Assembly: GCA_038329515.1 (NCBI GenBank)
Contig: JBBQNA010000001.1
Location: forward strand, 2,086 to 66,085
From: Candidatus Limnocylindrales bacterium
GTDB lineage: Bacteria > Chloroflexota > Limnocylindria > Limnocylindrales > CSP1-4
DNA length: 64,000 nt
Direction of reading: 5' to 3'
Shown here piece after piece: positions 19,533-32,608 of this stretch. The notes under the pieces are model-generated. The model did not search any database, had not been told where the DNA came from, and worked only from the letters and a program-made list of their open reading frames with translations. Each line of letters begins with the position of its first letter. Within the stretch, counting starts at the first letter, position 1. Position numbers and translations under genes: made by a program.

Positions 19533-20801
19533 ATGCGCCTCGACCTGACCCCCACCGAACGCGTAGCCGTGCGCTGGACGCTCGCTCTGATGCCCGTGGT
19601 GATGACGCTGGCCGCGTTCCTGCTGCTGGCCATCGTGGTCCAGCCGTTCTTCTTCATCCTGGCCATGTTCTTCCTGGCATGGATCCTGGCGTTCCTGCTG
19701 GACCCCATCGTGACCTGGATCGTACGCCGCCTGCCGCGTCTGCCCCGGGGCCTGACGGCTGCACTGGTGTTCTTCGGCCTGACGCTGCTCATCATCGTCG
19801 GTCTCATCGCCATCGCGAGTTCGGTGCTGTCGTCGCTCACCAACCTCGTCGGTGACACCACCAGCGTGCCCCAGGCTATCGACCGGCTCATCGGGCCGCT
19901 CCAGACCCAGCTGGACTCGATGGGCATCCAGGTGAACCTCACGGCCGCGACCACGGACGCCATCGCGCAGCTCCAGGCGAGCGGCGCAGACCTCCTCCAG
20001 CAGATGCTCGGTGGCGGCGTGATCTTGTTCACACAAGGCACGGCGATCATCTTCATCGCCATCGTCATGGTCGCCAACAAGGGCCGCTTCCTGCGCTTCG
20101 GCCAGCGGCTCATGCCCTCCGGGCGCGAGACGCTGCTGGACGAGGTCACCGTCGCCACCAGCCAGTCGTTCGGTGGCTTCATCCGCGGCCAGTTCGGTAT
20201 CGCCGGGCTCTACGGCGTGGTGGTGGGCATCATCGGCTTCGTGTTCGGGGTGCCTTTCGTGGCCCTCGTGGCGGTGCTCACGGCAGCCTTCCAGTCGATC
20301 CCCTACTTCGGGCAGCTGGTGTCCTGGGCCCCGCTCTTCGCGACGACCCTCATATTCGCGCCGAGTGCCATCCTGCCAGTGACCATCGCCCTCATCGCGG
20401 GCCTGCTCATCATCCAGAACATCGTCTCGCCCCGCGTGATGGGCTCTGCCGTGGGCCTCAACCCCATCCTGGTGCTCGCGGCGGTGTTCATCGGTGCCCA
20501 GATCGCAGGCGCCATCGGGGGTGTCTTCGGGGTCCCCGTCGCGGCCGTCGGCGCGACGCTATTCAACGCCTGGCTGGACCAGGTGCGGCCGCCCGCGGCC
20601 ATCGATGTCCGCGATGCTCGACCTGCGCCACCACCTGGCACGCCGGCGCCGACCCTGGAACACGAAGACGCAGCAGCCTCAGCGACCGACATCCTGGCCT
20701 CCGCGCGCGCAGAGCTTGCTGGATCCCAGGAGCAGGTCGTCCAGGACAAGCAGGCCGTCGCCGATGCGGTCGTGGTGAAGGCCGTCGTAGACCGCGACTG
20801 A
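19533..20801 (+). CDS. AI-2E family transporter (PerM/UPF0118).
   Basis: Eight TM helices. The conserved family core is present. Confidence 0.85.
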   Translation: MRLDLTPTERVAVRWTLALMPVVMTLAAFLLLAIVVQPFFFILAMFFLAWILAFLLDPIVTWIVRRLPRLPRGLTAALVFFGLTLLIIVGLIAIASSVLSSLTNLVGDTTSVPQAIDRLIGPLQTQLDSMGIQVNLTAATTDAIAQLQASGADLLQQMLGGGVILFTQGTAIIFIAIVMVANKGRFLRFGQRLMPSGRETLLDEVTVATSQSFGGFIRGQFGIAGLYGVVVGIIGFVFGVPFVALVAVLTAAFQSIPYFGQLVSWAPLFATTLIFAPSAILPVTIALIAGLLIIQNIVSPRVMGSAVGLNPILVLAAVFIGAQIAGAIGGVFGVPVAAVGATLFNAWLDQVRPPAAIDVRDARPAPPPGTPAPTLEHEDAAASATDILASARAELAGSQEQVVQDKQAVADAVVVKAVVDRD

Positions 20802-20900
20802 GCACGAACCTGGTGCGTCGGGAACCGGAGGACCCCATGGCGGCGTCCGGTACGGGCATCGCCGGCCTGCATCTGGTCCGGTCGTGACGGAGTCCCACCC

Positions 20901-21950
20901 ATGCGACGAGTCCCAGCCGCGTTCGCGGCCGCGTTCCTGACCTGCGCCATGGTCGCCACGCCGACCATGGCCTGCGGCGGTCTCATCGGCCCCAACGGTG
21001 CCGTGAACCTCCTCCGAACGACTACGTTCGTGGGCTATCACGAGGGTATCGAGCACTACGTCACGGCATTCGCCTTCGCGGGTGGTGGTGGCGCGTTCGG
21101 CTCCATCACCCCCCTGCCGGGCATCCCGACAGCCGTCGACAAGGGTGGCGACTGGACGCTCCAGCGGCTCATCCGCGAGACCGAGCCGCCGTCACCCCAG
21201 ATCCTGGTCTCTGCGTCGGAAGTCGAGCGCGCAGGCGGTGGCGTCGAGATCCTGCTGGAGACGACCATCGACGCGCTGGACATCACGGTGCTCAAGGGCG
21301 GTGGCGACGCGGTCGGCGCGTGGGCCGCGGAGCACGGCTTCCGGTTGCCCCCGGATGCTCCCGAGGTGCTTGACTTCTACGCCCAGCGCAGCCCCATCTT
21401 CCTGGCTGCCTCCTTCGATGCCGACGCAGCCGCCGAGCGCGGTCAGGGCGTTGGCGACGGCACGCCCGTGCACATCACCATCCCCACCGACAACCCCTGG
21501 GTGCCGTTGCGCATCCTGTCCCTGGGCAAGAACGCCGAGGATCGCGTGGATGCGGATGTCTATCTGCTGACGGACCATGCCCCGACGCTGCTGCCGGCAG
21601 CCACTGGTGCCGGCCTGGTGCTGGACCACACGGCACCCGCCAGCGCCTCCCTCCTGGACGACCTCCGATCGGACCGGGGCATGGAGTGGGTGCCCGAGTC
21701 AGGCTGGCTGATGAAGGTCCGCGTCGATTCGCGGGCCGCGGACCTGGACTATGACCTGGCAGTCGACGCTACCGGACGGGGCATGGCTTCCCGGGTCGAC
21801 GCGGGTCTGGACATGCCCGCCGATGCGGCCCCGGCGCCACCCGCGGAAGGCAGCCTGTGGTTGCTGGGCCTGGTGCTGGTGATCTCGGGTGGTGCGGGTG
21901 TCGGCGTCCTGTCGCGCCGGGGCCGCATGGCCACCCCGCCAGACGCCTGA
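20901..21950 (+). CDS. DUF2330-like extracytoplasmic protein, with signal peptide ending ...TMACGG and a C-terminal TM anchor (from memory).
   Basis: N-terminal MRRVPAAFAAAFLTCAMVATPTMA|CGGLIGPNG. Central globular region. C-terminal hydrophobic helix LWLLGLVLVISGGAGVGVL followed by basic residues. Only 37 bp separate it from the cupredoxin gene. Confidence 0.6.
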   Translation: MRRVPAAFAAAFLTCAMVATPTMACGGLIGPNGAVNLLRTTTFVGYHEGIEHYVTAFAFAGGGGAFGSITPLPGIPTAVDKGGDWTLQRLIRETEPPSPQILVSASEVERAGGGVEILLETTIDALDITVLKGGGDAVGAWAAEHGFRLPPDAPEVLDFYAQRSPIFLAASFDADAAAERGQGVGDGTPVHITIPTDNPWVPLRILSLGKNAEDRVDADVYLLTDHAPTLLPAATGAGLVLDHTAPASASLLDDLRSDRGMEWVPESGWLMKVRVDSRAADLDYDLAVDATGRGMASRVDAGLDMPADAAPAPPAEGSLWLLGLVLVISGGAGVGVLSRRGRMATPPDA

Positions 21951-21987
21951 CCGATAGCCCCACGCGTTTCGAGACGAGGACCACCTG

Positions 21988-22395
21988 ATGCACCTGCTGC
22001 GGGCCCTGTCACTGCCCATCGCCGTCGGCATGGTGGTCCTCGTCGCGTCAGCGGCGATGCCTGCCGACCGCACGGTGACCATCGGCATCCACTACTCGCG
22101 CTTCACGCCGGTCGCCGTCAGCGTGCCAGTGGGAGTGCCGGTCACATTCGTGCTGCGCAACGACGACCCCATCGACCACGAGTGGATCGTGGGCGACGAG
22201 GCAAGTCACACCCGACATCGGCTGGGCACGGAACCAGAGCACGGTGAGCGGCCGACCGAGCAGTCGATCGGGGCGCTGTCGAGTGTCCGCACGACAGTCA
22301 CGTTCCCGACACCCGGCACCTACCGCTTCCTCTGCCACCTGCCGGGCCACGAGGCATACGGCATGGTGGGCGTCGTGACCGTGACAGACAGCTAG
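21988..22395 (+). CDS. Small secreted cupredoxin (type-1 blue-copper protein, plastocyanin/azurin-like).
   Basis: Signal/anchor. Copper ligands in the canonical pattern: H (DHEW) ... C-x2-G-H-x4-M (CHLPGHEAYGM). Confidence 0.7.
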   Translation: MHLLRALSLPIAVGMVVLVASAAMPADRTVTIGIHYSRFTPVAVSVPVGVPVTFVLRNDDPIDHEWIVGDEASHTRHRLGTEPEHGERPTEQSIGALSSVRTTVTFPTPGTYRFLCHLPGHEAYGMVGVVTVTDS

Positions 22396-22398
22396 CGA

Positions 22399-23193
22399 CT
22401 ACGCCCGCTCAGCGTTGCGTTCGTCGCGCCAGGCCACCCAGCGCCGAACCTCGTCCGCTGTGAAGTCGGGCCCGTCGAGCCCGATGGTGAACTGGGTGAC
22501 GCCAGCGGCGAGCAGCGCGTCCCCAGTGACGGGACCCTCGTCGCCGACTGCCACGGACCGCTCGATGGCCGCAGGGTCGCGACCAAGCTTCCGGCACCAC
22601 TCGTCCAGGACGCCGTTCTTGTGCTGGAGCACATCGGCCTTGCCAAAGCCGTGCCAGATGTCCGCGTACTGAGCGGTGATGCGCAGCGTCACCTGCTCGC
22701 CGCCGCCACCGATGAGCACCGGGATCCGACGGTTGGGCGGCGGGTTGCCCGCGGCCATCCGCGAGATGGTGCGCGGCAGGTCCGCATCCAGCTGCCGCAA
22801 CCTCGACGGCGCGGTCCCGAAATCGTAGCCGAACTGGTCGTAGTCCTTCTGGAACCAACCCGAGCCGATGCCCAGGATGAGCCGTCCGCCACTGATGTGG
22901 TCGACGGTCCGTGCCATGTCACCCAGCAGCTCCGGGTTGCGGTAGCTGTTGCAGGTGACGAGGGCACCGATCTCCACCCGACTGGTCATCTCGGCCATCG
23001 ATGCGAGCATCGTCCAGCACTCGAAGTGGAGCCCGTCCGGCGGGCCAGAGAGCGGGAAGAAGTGATCCCAGTTGTAGACGATGTCCACACCCAGGTCTTC
23101 CGATGCCTGAACCATGTCCCGGATCTGCGCATACGGGGTGTGCTGGGGCTGGACCTGGACCGCGATACGGATAGGCCGAGTGCGGATCGCCAC
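22399..23193 (-). CDS. Luciferase-like monooxygenase (LLM) class F420-dependent oxidoreductase.
   Basis: TIM-barrel LLM motifs. 264 aa; this is the short F420-dependent subgroup. Confidence 0.8.
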   Translation of the reverse strand: MAIRTRPIRIAVQVQPQHTPYAQIRDMVQASEDLGVDIVYNWDHFFPLSGPPDGLHFECWTMLASMAEMTSRVEIGALVTCNSYRNPELLGDMARTVDHISGGRLILGIGSGWFQKDYDQFGYDFGTAPSRLRQLDADLPRTISRMAAGNPPPNRRIPVLIGGGGEQVTLRITAQYADIWHGFGKADVLQHKNGVLDEWCRKLGRDPAAIERSVAVGDEGPVTGDALLAAGVTQFTIGLDGPDFTADEVRRWVAWRDERNAERA

Positions 23194-25968
23194 CTACTTG
23201 TCGCGCTCCGCGGCGTTGGACAGGGCAGCCTGCGCGGCTGCAAGTCGGGCGACGGGCACCCGGAACGGCGAGCAGGAGACGTAGTCGAGTCCGATCTTCT
23301 CGCACTTGAAGATCGACTCCGGGTCACCACCGTGCTCACCGCAGATGCCCAGCTCCAGGCCGGGTTTGGTCGAACGGCCCTTGTCCACGGCCATCTTCAT
23401 CAGCCCTGCGACGGCGTCGTCGAGGGTCTGGAACGGGTTGACGGGCAGGATCTTGTCTTCCACGTACTTGAGCAGGAAGCCACCCTCCGCATCGTCACGG
23501 CTGAAGCCGAACGTCATCTGCGTCAGGTCGTTGGTGCCAAAGCTGAAGAAGTCCGCCTCGCGCGCGATCTCATCGGCGGTCAGGGCACCGCGCGGCACCT
23601 CGATCATGGTCCCGAACTTGTAGTCCACGTGGACGCCTGCCTTGGCCTCGACCGCGGTCGCCTCTGCTTCCAGGATCTGGCGCGTGCGGGCGAGCTCGTT
23701 CACATGACCCACGAGCGGGATCATGATCTTGGCGATGGGCTTGACGCCCGCCTTGGTGACAGCGATCTGGGCATTCAGGATGGCCCGCGTCTGGATCTTC
23801 ACGAAGTCGGGGATCATCAGGCCCAGGCGGCAGCCGCGCAGGCCCAGCATCGGATTCTGCTCGTGCATCGACTGGATGGTCGCGAGCAGCTGCCGGTCCT
23901 CGGGAGTGGCGGCGTCGCCAGCCTTGGTCACCTTGACCAGCTGCTCCTCCAGGTTCGGCAGGAACTCGTGGAGCGGCGGGTCGATGAGCCGGATGACGAC
24001 CGGCAGGCCGTCCATCGCCGTGAAGATGCCCTCGAAGTCGCCCTGCTGGAGCACCTCCAGCTTGGCCATCGCAGCATCGAACTCGGTGATGAACGCGGCA
24101 TCGTCGGCGTTGGGCATCTCGCCTGCGTCGCGGCGGGCCTTGGCGCGGGTCGCCTGGTTGGCGACGAGGATGGCGCCCCGGACGATCTCCAGTCGGTCGC
24201 CCTCCCGGAACATGTGCTCCGTGCGACAGAGGCCGATGCCCTCGGCGCCATAGCTGCGGGCACGGGCTGCCTCTTCCGGCTTGTCCGCGTTGGTCCAGAC
24301 ACCCATGCGCCGGACCTCATCCGCCCAGCCCAGGATGCGCTGCAGGTCGGGCTGGTCCTCGAAGCGCGCCGCCACGGTGGGCACGGCATCGAGGTAGACC
24401 TGGCCGGTCGAGCCATCGACCGAGATCCAGTCACCCTCGCCGAACTCGAGCCCGGACTCCGAGCTGCGGGCACGACCGGTGCGGTAGTCGATGAGCAGCT
24501 CCGCACAGCCAGCGACGCACGGCTTGCCGATCTGGCGCGCCACGACCGCGGCATGCGAGGTCGCACCGCCACGGGCGGTGAGGATACCCTCGGCGACGGC
24601 CATGCCGTGGAAGTCATCTGGGCTGGTCTCGATGCGCACGAGGACGACCACCTCACCACGGCCGACCCACTCCACGGCCACGTCGGCGTCGAACACGGCA
24701 CGCCCGACGGCGGCGCCCGGGGACGCATTCAGGCCTCGAGCCACACGCTTCGCGGCAGCGAGGGCGATGGGATCGAACTGGTCGCGCAGCAGCTGGTCGA
24801 CGTGGGCCGGCTCGACCCGGTTGATGGCCTCCTCCCTGGTGATGAGGCCCTCCTCCACCATATCCGAGGCGATTCTCACGGCTGCGGCGGCGGTCCGCTT
24901 CGCAGAACGCGTCTGGAGCATGTACAGCTTGCCGCGCTCGATGGTGAACTCGAGGTCCTGGACGTCGCGGTAGTGACGCTCCAGCTGTTGACCGATGCGC
25001 AGGAACTCGGCGTACACCTCGGGCATCTCGGTCTGCATCTGGGAGATCCGCGGCGCGGTCCGGATACCGGCCACGACGTCCTCTCCCTGGGCGTTCGTGA
25101 GGTACTCCCCAAAGAGCACCTTCTCGCCCGTATTGGGGTCCCGCGTGAACGCCACGCCCGTGCCCGAATCATCGCCCATGTTGCCAAAGACCATCGTCAC
25201 CACGTTCACGGCGGTGCCCAGGTCGTGGGCGATCTTCTGGCTGTTGCGGTAGTCGTTGGCGCGCTTGCCGAACCAGGATGCGAAGACCGCCTTGACCGAG
25301 AGGTCCAGCTGCTGGTACGGATCGGATGGGAAGGGACTGCCCGTGTCCGCCAGCACGATGGCCTGGAACTCAGCCACCAGGTCGCGCATGTCCGCGGCAC
25401 CCAGCTCCGTGTCCAGGCTGGCGCCGCGTGACGCCTTCTTCTGCTCCAGCGCGTGGTCGAAGCGCTCCGGCGAGACGCCCAGCACGATGCGCCCGAACAT
25501 CTGGATGAAACGCCGATACGCATCCCAACCGAACCGCTCGTTGCCGGTCAGGGCCACGAGGCCCTGGAGGGTCTGCTCGTTCAGGCCCAGGTTGAGGACC
25601 GTGTCCATCATGCCCGGCATGGAGAAGCGAGCGCCCGAACGAACACTCACCAGCAGCGGGTTGGCCGGATCGCCGAACCCTTTGCCGGTCTGGCGCTCGA
25701 CCTCGTGGATGGCCTCCACGATGTCCTCCCAGAGCCCCTCGGGCAGGTGCTCACCTGCCGCGAAGTAGTCATTGCAGGCAGCGGTCGTGATCGTGAACCC
25801 CGCGGGCACGGGCAGGCCGGCGAGGGTCATCTCGGCCAGGCCGGCACCCTTGCCGCCCAGCAGGTCGCGCATCGTTGCGTCACCCTCGGCGCGCCCGCCA
25901 CCCCAGGCGTAGATATAGCGTGCGGCAGCCTTGTGGGCACGGCTCGACGAGGGTTCGTTCTGGGTCAT
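23194..25968 (-). CDS. ppdK: Pyruvate, phosphate dikinase.
   Basis: Phosphohistidine motif GGRTSHAAVVARQIGKPCVAGC. PEP-utilising C-terminal TIM domain. About 924 aa from the ATG at 25968. Confidence 0.95.
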   Translation of the reverse strand: MTQNEPSSSRAHKAAARYIYAWGGGRAEGDATMRDLLGGKGAGLAEMTLAGLPVPAGFTITTAACNDYFAAGEHLPEGLWEDIVEAIHEVERQTGKGFGDPANPLLVSVRSGARFSMPGMMDTVLNLGLNEQTLQGLVALTGNERFGWDAYRRFIQMFGRIVLGVSPERFDHALEQKKASRGASLDTELGAADMRDLVAEFQAIVLADTGSPFPSDPYQQLDLSVKAVFASWFGKRANDYRNSQKIAHDLGTAVNVVTMVFGNMGDDSGTGVAFTRDPNTGEKVLFGEYLTNAQGEDVVAGIRTAPRISQMQTEMPEVYAEFLRIGQQLERHYRDVQDLEFTIERGKLYMLQTRSAKRTAAAAVRIASDMVEEGLITREEAINRVEPAHVDQLLRDQFDPIALAAAKRVARGLNASPGAAVGRAVFDADVAVEWVGRGEVVVLVRIETSPDDFHGMAVAEGILTARGGATSHAAVVARQIGKPCVAGCAELLIDYRTGRARSSESGLEFGEGDWISVDGSTGQVYLDAVPTVAARFEDQPDLQRILGWADEVRRMGVWTNADKPEEAARARSYGAEGIGLCRTEHMFREGDRLEIVRGAILVANQATRAKARRDAGEMPNADDAAFITEFDAAMAKLEVLQQGDFEGIFTAMDGLPVVIRLIDPPLHEFLPNLEEQLVKVTKAGDAATPEDRQLLATIQSMHEQNPMLGLRGCRLGLMIPDFVKIQTRAILNAQIAVTKAGVKPIAKIMIPLVGHVNELARTRQILEAEATAVEAKAGVHVDYKFGTMIEVPRGALTADEIAREADFFSFGTNDLTQMTFGFSRDDAEGGFLLKYVEDKILPVNPFQTLDDAVAGLMKMAVDKGRSTKPGLELGICGEHGGDPESIFKCEKIGLDYVSCSPFRVPVARLAAAQAALSNAAERDK

Positions 25969-26136
25969 GGGGTGGGCTCCTCCGGGATCGACGCGGCCCG
26001 TTCCCCCACGACCGCGCACATGTCGACTGGTTGACACGGATCGTACCATCTGTACTCCACCCACCCATCCGGGATCCCCGGATCTCGGCTGCGCGACAGA
26101 GACCCGCGTGCGTGACCAGTCCGGAGGGAGTGCCAG

Positions 26137-27950
26137 TGTCGTTGCATGCGGTCGCCCGGCGGTCGGTCGCGTTGCTCGTGGTCACGGCGCTGCTGCTGCC
26201 GACAGGGGCCGTCGCCTCCAGTCGGCCGGCTCCATCGACGACGGCGGCCGTCGCCCGGGTGACCCAGGCTGACGGTCCGACGGAAGACTGTCCGCACGAC
26301 GCCAGCGTGTCCATCAAGCAGGTCGCCGACGACCTGCTCATCGACCGATATCACCTGGGCAGCCACCCTGTGGCCACGCTGCCGCATGACCTGGCCTGGA
26401 ACGAGGACCCATTCGGGGACGTCAACTGGCGCGAACGACAGCACATGCTGCGGTACGTGATGGCCCTCGTGTACCAGTGGCGGAAGACGTCGGCGGACCG
26501 GTACCTCGACCGGGCGCTGGAACTCGTGCGCTCATGGCTCGACCACAACCCGATCTCGGCGCCCGCGTCGCCGTTCGCCTGGAATGACCAGGCCACGGCG
26601 TGGCGAACCATGACCCTCGTGTGCATGGCCCGCATCGTGCCCGCCACTGCGTGGCTCGACGTGGCCATCGCGCTGCACGGCGAGCGCCTGGCGGACAAGC
26701 GCTACTACAGCGGTACCGGCAACCACGGCCTGAACCAGTCGATCGGTCTGGTGGACGCCGGCTGCTACCTGGACCGGTCGGACTGGCAGGCGCTCGCCGT
26801 CAAGCGCATCGACCGCATGCGCGTCCAGGTAATCGATACCCAGGGTGTCTCCAACGAGCAGGCCGTGCGCTATGACCTGTATGACTATCGGCAGTTCGAG
26901 CTGGCCAGGAAGCACCTGACCATGTGTGGCCGGGATGCACCGGCCGACCTCGAGCGAGTGGGGCGGATCCCGTCATTCCTGGCCTACGCGACCCGACCGG
27001 ATGGCTACTACGAGACCATCGGCGATACCGCTGGATATCGAGCCCAGTCGATCCCAGGCACGCCCTCCGAGTTCTCGGCCACGGCCGGCCGCCGTGGCCA
27101 GCGCCCGGCACATCTGGTTCGCTTCTACGAACGTGGCTACGCGTTCGGCCGGACGGGCTGGGGCGACGAACGACCGTTCGCGGACGAGACGTTCTTCTCC
27201 GCCCGATACGGCCCGGGCATGTCGCACCACGGGCATGACGACAGCGGCGCGGTGACACTGTATGGCTACGGGTCACCGCTGCTGGTGGATCCGGGCTACG
27301 GCGATTTCAACGCGTCCGTCTGGCGGGCCTACTTCCGCTCCCGCAGAGCCCACAACGCGGTCGTCGCCGACGGGCTCACGTCGGCGACGGGCAGGCCGGC
27401 GACGCTGGAGCGCAGCGCCCTGTCCGAACGGGCCGCCGAGCTGCGTGTCCGGATCGGCGTCTACCCCTCCGTGACGATGCGACGGCGGATCGTCTTCTCG
27501 CGCGAACTGGGCTACCTGATCGTCGAGGACACCATGCACTCCGCCACGGCGCGGCGCTATCGGCAGTTGTGGCACCTGTTGCCCGATGCCCAGCCGACCA
27601 CGGATGGGCTCCGGACCGTGAGCCATCGAGACCGGGGCAACGTGCTCATCCGGCAACTGCTGGCTGGTGGCACCACCAGGATCGTCACCGGCAGCACCGA
27701 TCCCCGACAAGGCTGGTATTCGGCCAAGTACGGCGACCACCGACCGACACCCGTGGTGAAGTATCGCCAGAGCGGCACGAACGTCCGCTTCATCACCCTG
27801 CTCGTGCCGTTCGCGAGCGGATCACCGGACGTGACGGTGTCCGGCCTCACGGTCACCACCTCCGGTTTCTCGCTCACGGTGGATGTTCGTGGGCAGCGTG
27901 AGCGGGTCCTGGCGACGTCCGGGGGTGTGCGTATCACCGACGCGCCATGA
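26137..27950 (+). CDS. Secreted heparinase II/III-like polysaccharide lyase family protein.
   Basis: GTG start at 26137 with GGAGGGA RBS 7 nt upstream. Signal peptide. N-terminal (alpha/alpha)-toroid and C-terminal Hepar_II_III beta-domain (HHGHDDSGAVTLYGYG...DPGYGDF). Confidence 0.7.
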
Positions 27951-28035
27951 AGTTTCCGGCCACCGGGCCGGTCACCCAGACCGCGCGTGCGCGGCGGCAT
28001 GGTCGTCATGGGCCTGGATCTGCCATCATCGGTCC

Positions 28036-30075
<2,040 letters not shown>

Positions 30076-30133
30076 GGCAGCGCTGTCCGGTACCATCTCG
30101 TGCATCCGACCGCACGAGGAAGACCGCCACCCC

Positions 30134-30958
30134 ATGACCGATGCTGTCACCGCCCCTCGTCCCATCGCGGCCGATTCGCCGCGCTACAACGCGGTGCTCG
30201 TGGAGCGCCAGGACCTGACCGATGCCCTGGCCGTATTCAAGGTGCGCTTCGAGGGCGACCCTGTCGACTTCGAACCTGGGCAGTACCTGACCATCGGCGT
30301 CGAGTCGGACGGCAAGCTGTACCAGCGGCCGTACTCCACGGCCAGCTCACCCCTTGATGCGGCTGAGGGCTACGACTTCTACGTGCGGTTAGTGGATGGT
30401 GGCCTATTCACGCCCCTGCTGTGGCGGCTGCAGCCAGGCGCGCGCATGAGCATGAAGGGGCCCAAGGGCAAGTTCGTGCTGCTGCCGGAGGACGACCGGC
30501 GCCATGTGTTCATCAGCTCCGGCACTGGCATCGCGCCGTTCATCTCCATGATGGAGACGCTGCGCCGAGCCGGCACCCCGCGCCGGGCGATCGTGATCCA
30601 CGGCGTCAGCCACGTCTCCGACCTGGGATATCGCGAGCTGCTGGAGGGCTGGGCGGCATCGGGCGAGTACCCCGTCACCTACGTGCCGACCGTGTCCCGC
30701 ATCCGCGAGCCGCGCAACGCAGGCTGGACCGGCCGTACGGGGCGCGTGGAGACGGTGCTCAACGACGTGTACGACGACCTCGACCTCACCCCTGACGACT
30801 CCATCGCCTACATCTGCGGCAACCCGGACATGATCCTCGCCGCCGACGAGACGTTGGCCGGTCGCGGCTTCCCGGAAGAACAGATCCACAAGGAGCTGTA
30901 CTGGCCCAAGGGCAAGGAGCCCGTGGGTGCGGGAGCATCCCAGATCACGGACGCCTGA
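30134..30958 (+). CDS. fpr: Ferredoxin-NADP+ reductase (FAD/NAD-binding FNR family).
   Basis: RPYSTAS (FAD-binding RxYS). GTGIAP (NADP-binding). C-terminal Y. Confidence 0.8.
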   Translation: MTDAVTAPRPIAADSPRYNAVLVERQDLTDALAVFKVRFEGDPVDFEPGQYLTIGVESDGKLYQRPYSTASSPLDAAEGYDFYVRLVDGGLFTPLLWRLQPGARMSMKGPKGKFVLLPEDDRRHVFISSGTGIAPFISMMETLRRAGTPRRAIVIHGVSHVSDLGYRELLEGWAASGEYPVTYVPTVSRIREPRNAGWTGRTGRVETVLNDVYDDLDLTPDDSIAYICGNPDMILAADETLAGRGFPEEQIHKELYWPKGKEPVGAGASQITDA

Positions 30959-31006
30959 CGGTCAACGGGCCACTCGGAGTCCGATCGACCCACGGACATC
31001 CCTGGA

Positions 31007-32440
31007 TCAGCGTCGGGCGGCCTCCATCCGGTCCAGGATGGCACGCTTGATGCCTTCCACCGGGATCCGTTCCTGGGACATCGTGTCGCGGTCACGCAGC
31101 GTGACCGCATCGTCCTCCAGCGAGTCCACATCCACGGTGACGCACCAGGGTGTCCCGATCTCGTCCTGACGCCGGTACAGCTTGCCGATGGCCGCGGTGT
31201 CGTCGTACACCGCCATCATGTCCCGCTTCAGGTCGTCCTTGATCCGGTGGCATAGCTCCACGATCTCGGGTCGCTTCTTGAGCAGCGGCAGGACAGCCAC
31301 CTTGTACGGCGCCAGGTCGGGGTGGAGCGCCAGGGAGACGCGCGTCTCCCCTCGGACCTCTTCCTCACGATAGGCATCGATGAGGAACGTGAACGGCGCC
31401 CGGTCCGCGCCCGCCGCGGTCTCCACGATGCAGGGCACGAAGTGCTCGTTGGTGTGGGGGTCGAAGTACTCCAGGTTCTCGCCCGACGCCCGCTGGTGGT
31501 TGCCGAGGTCGAAGTCACCCCGGTTGTGGATGCCTTCCAGCTCCTTCCAGCCGAACGGGAAGCGGTACTCGATATCGATGGCCTTCCTGGCATAGTGCGC
31601 CAGCTCATCGGATGCGTGCTCGCGGAAGCGGAGTCGCTCGGGGTTCGCGCCAAGGCCCACGTACCAGTCCCAGCGCCGTGGCAGCCACTCCTCGAAGATG
31701 CGCGACGCCTCATCCGGGCGGACGAAGTACTGCATCTCCATCTGCTCGAACTCGCGCATCCGGAACACGAAGTTGCCGGGGCTGATCTCGTTCCGAAAGC
31801 TCTTGCCGATCTGGGCGATGCCGAATGGCAGCTTCTTGCGCATCGACTGCTGCACGTTCTTGAAGTTGACGTACGAGCCCTGCGCCGTCTCCGGCCGCAG
31901 GTAGACGATCGACGCGTCCTCCTCGACCGGGCCCATGAACGTCTTGAACATCAGGTTGAACTGGCGCGGCGCGGACAGCGGCCCATCGTCGTTGGGGCAG
32001 CGGATCTTCAGGCGCTCCACGATGCCCGGGTCCTTGAGCTCCGTTTGGGACAGGTGCTCGGCACCCGGCAGCTCATCCAGGCGATAGCGTCGCTTGCAGG
32101 TCGCGCACTCCACCATCGGGTCACTGAACGAGCCCACATGGCCGGACGTGACCCACACCTGCGGATGCATGAGGATGCCCGCGTCCAGACCCACGACATC
32201 GTCGCGTTCCTGGACCATCGCCCGCCACCACGCCTTCTTGACGTTGTTCTTGAGCTCCACGCCCAGCGGGCCGTAATCCCATACGGCGTTGATGCCGCCG
32301 TAGATCTCGCTACTGGGGAAGATGAAGCCGCGGCGCTTGGAAAGCGACACGATGGTCTCGAGCGCCGCCACCGCGGGACCCGGGTCGACCCCGGGGTCGT
32401 TGGGGTCGATGGGGCGCGGGGCAGCGGTGGATGTGGTCAT
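31007..32440 (-). CDS. glyQS: Glycine--tRNA ligase, dimeric alpha2 (class II) type.
   Basis: About 477 aa from the ATG at 32440. Class II motifs 1-3 and a C-terminal anticodon-binding domain. Confidence 0.9.
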   Translation of the reverse strand: MTTSTAAPRPIDPNDPGVDPGPAVAALETIVSLSKRRGFIFPSSEIYGGINAVWDYGPLGVELKNNVKKAWWRAMVQERDDVVGLDAGILMHPQVWVTSGHVGSFSDPMVECATCKRRYRLDELPGAEHLSQTELKDPGIVERLKIRCPNDDGPLSAPRQFNLMFKTFMGPVEEDASIVYLRPETAQGSYVNFKNVQQSMRKKLPFGIAQIGKSFRNEISPGNFVFRMREFEQMEMQYFVRPDEASRIFEEWLPRRWDWYVGLGANPERLRFREHASDELAHYARKAIDIEYRFPFGWKELEGIHNRGDFDLGNHQRASGENLEYFDPHTNEHFVPCIVETAAGADRAPFTFLIDAYREEEVRGETRVSLALHPDLAPYKVAVLPLLKKRPEIVELCHRIKDDLKRDMMAVYDDTAAIGKLYRRQDEIGTPWCVTVDVDSLEDDAVTLRDRDTMSQERIPVEGIKRAILDRMEAARR

Positions 32441-32608
32441 GACGCTCGGGGACTCCTCGGGATGCGCCGGCGGTGGCAGAGCCGGTCGTGGGACGAGGAT
32501 GGTAGCGGGATCCCTCGCGCAGACGTGGTGCGACCCCGGCGGCATCGCTGCCGGCCGGGGTCGTGACTCACGTGCGGTGCGGTGCGCGCATCGCCGTGAA
32601 GCTGGTGG

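Noticed and set aside
20901-21950. Calling the DUF2330-like protein a lipoprotein
   Set aside because: TMAC is only a weak lipobox (no Leu at -3). I kept it as signal peptide plus C-terminal anchor.
22621-25431. 936-aa ORF on the + strand
   Set aside because: It is antisense to the unmistakable ppdK gene and has a low-complexity Arg/Gly/Asp composition typical of the wrong strand in ~70% GC DNA. The same applies to the long antisense ORFs at 48570..52058 (1162 aa), 56424..59138 (904 aa), 44440..46404, 36716..38671, 35283..36893, 31322..32566 and others.
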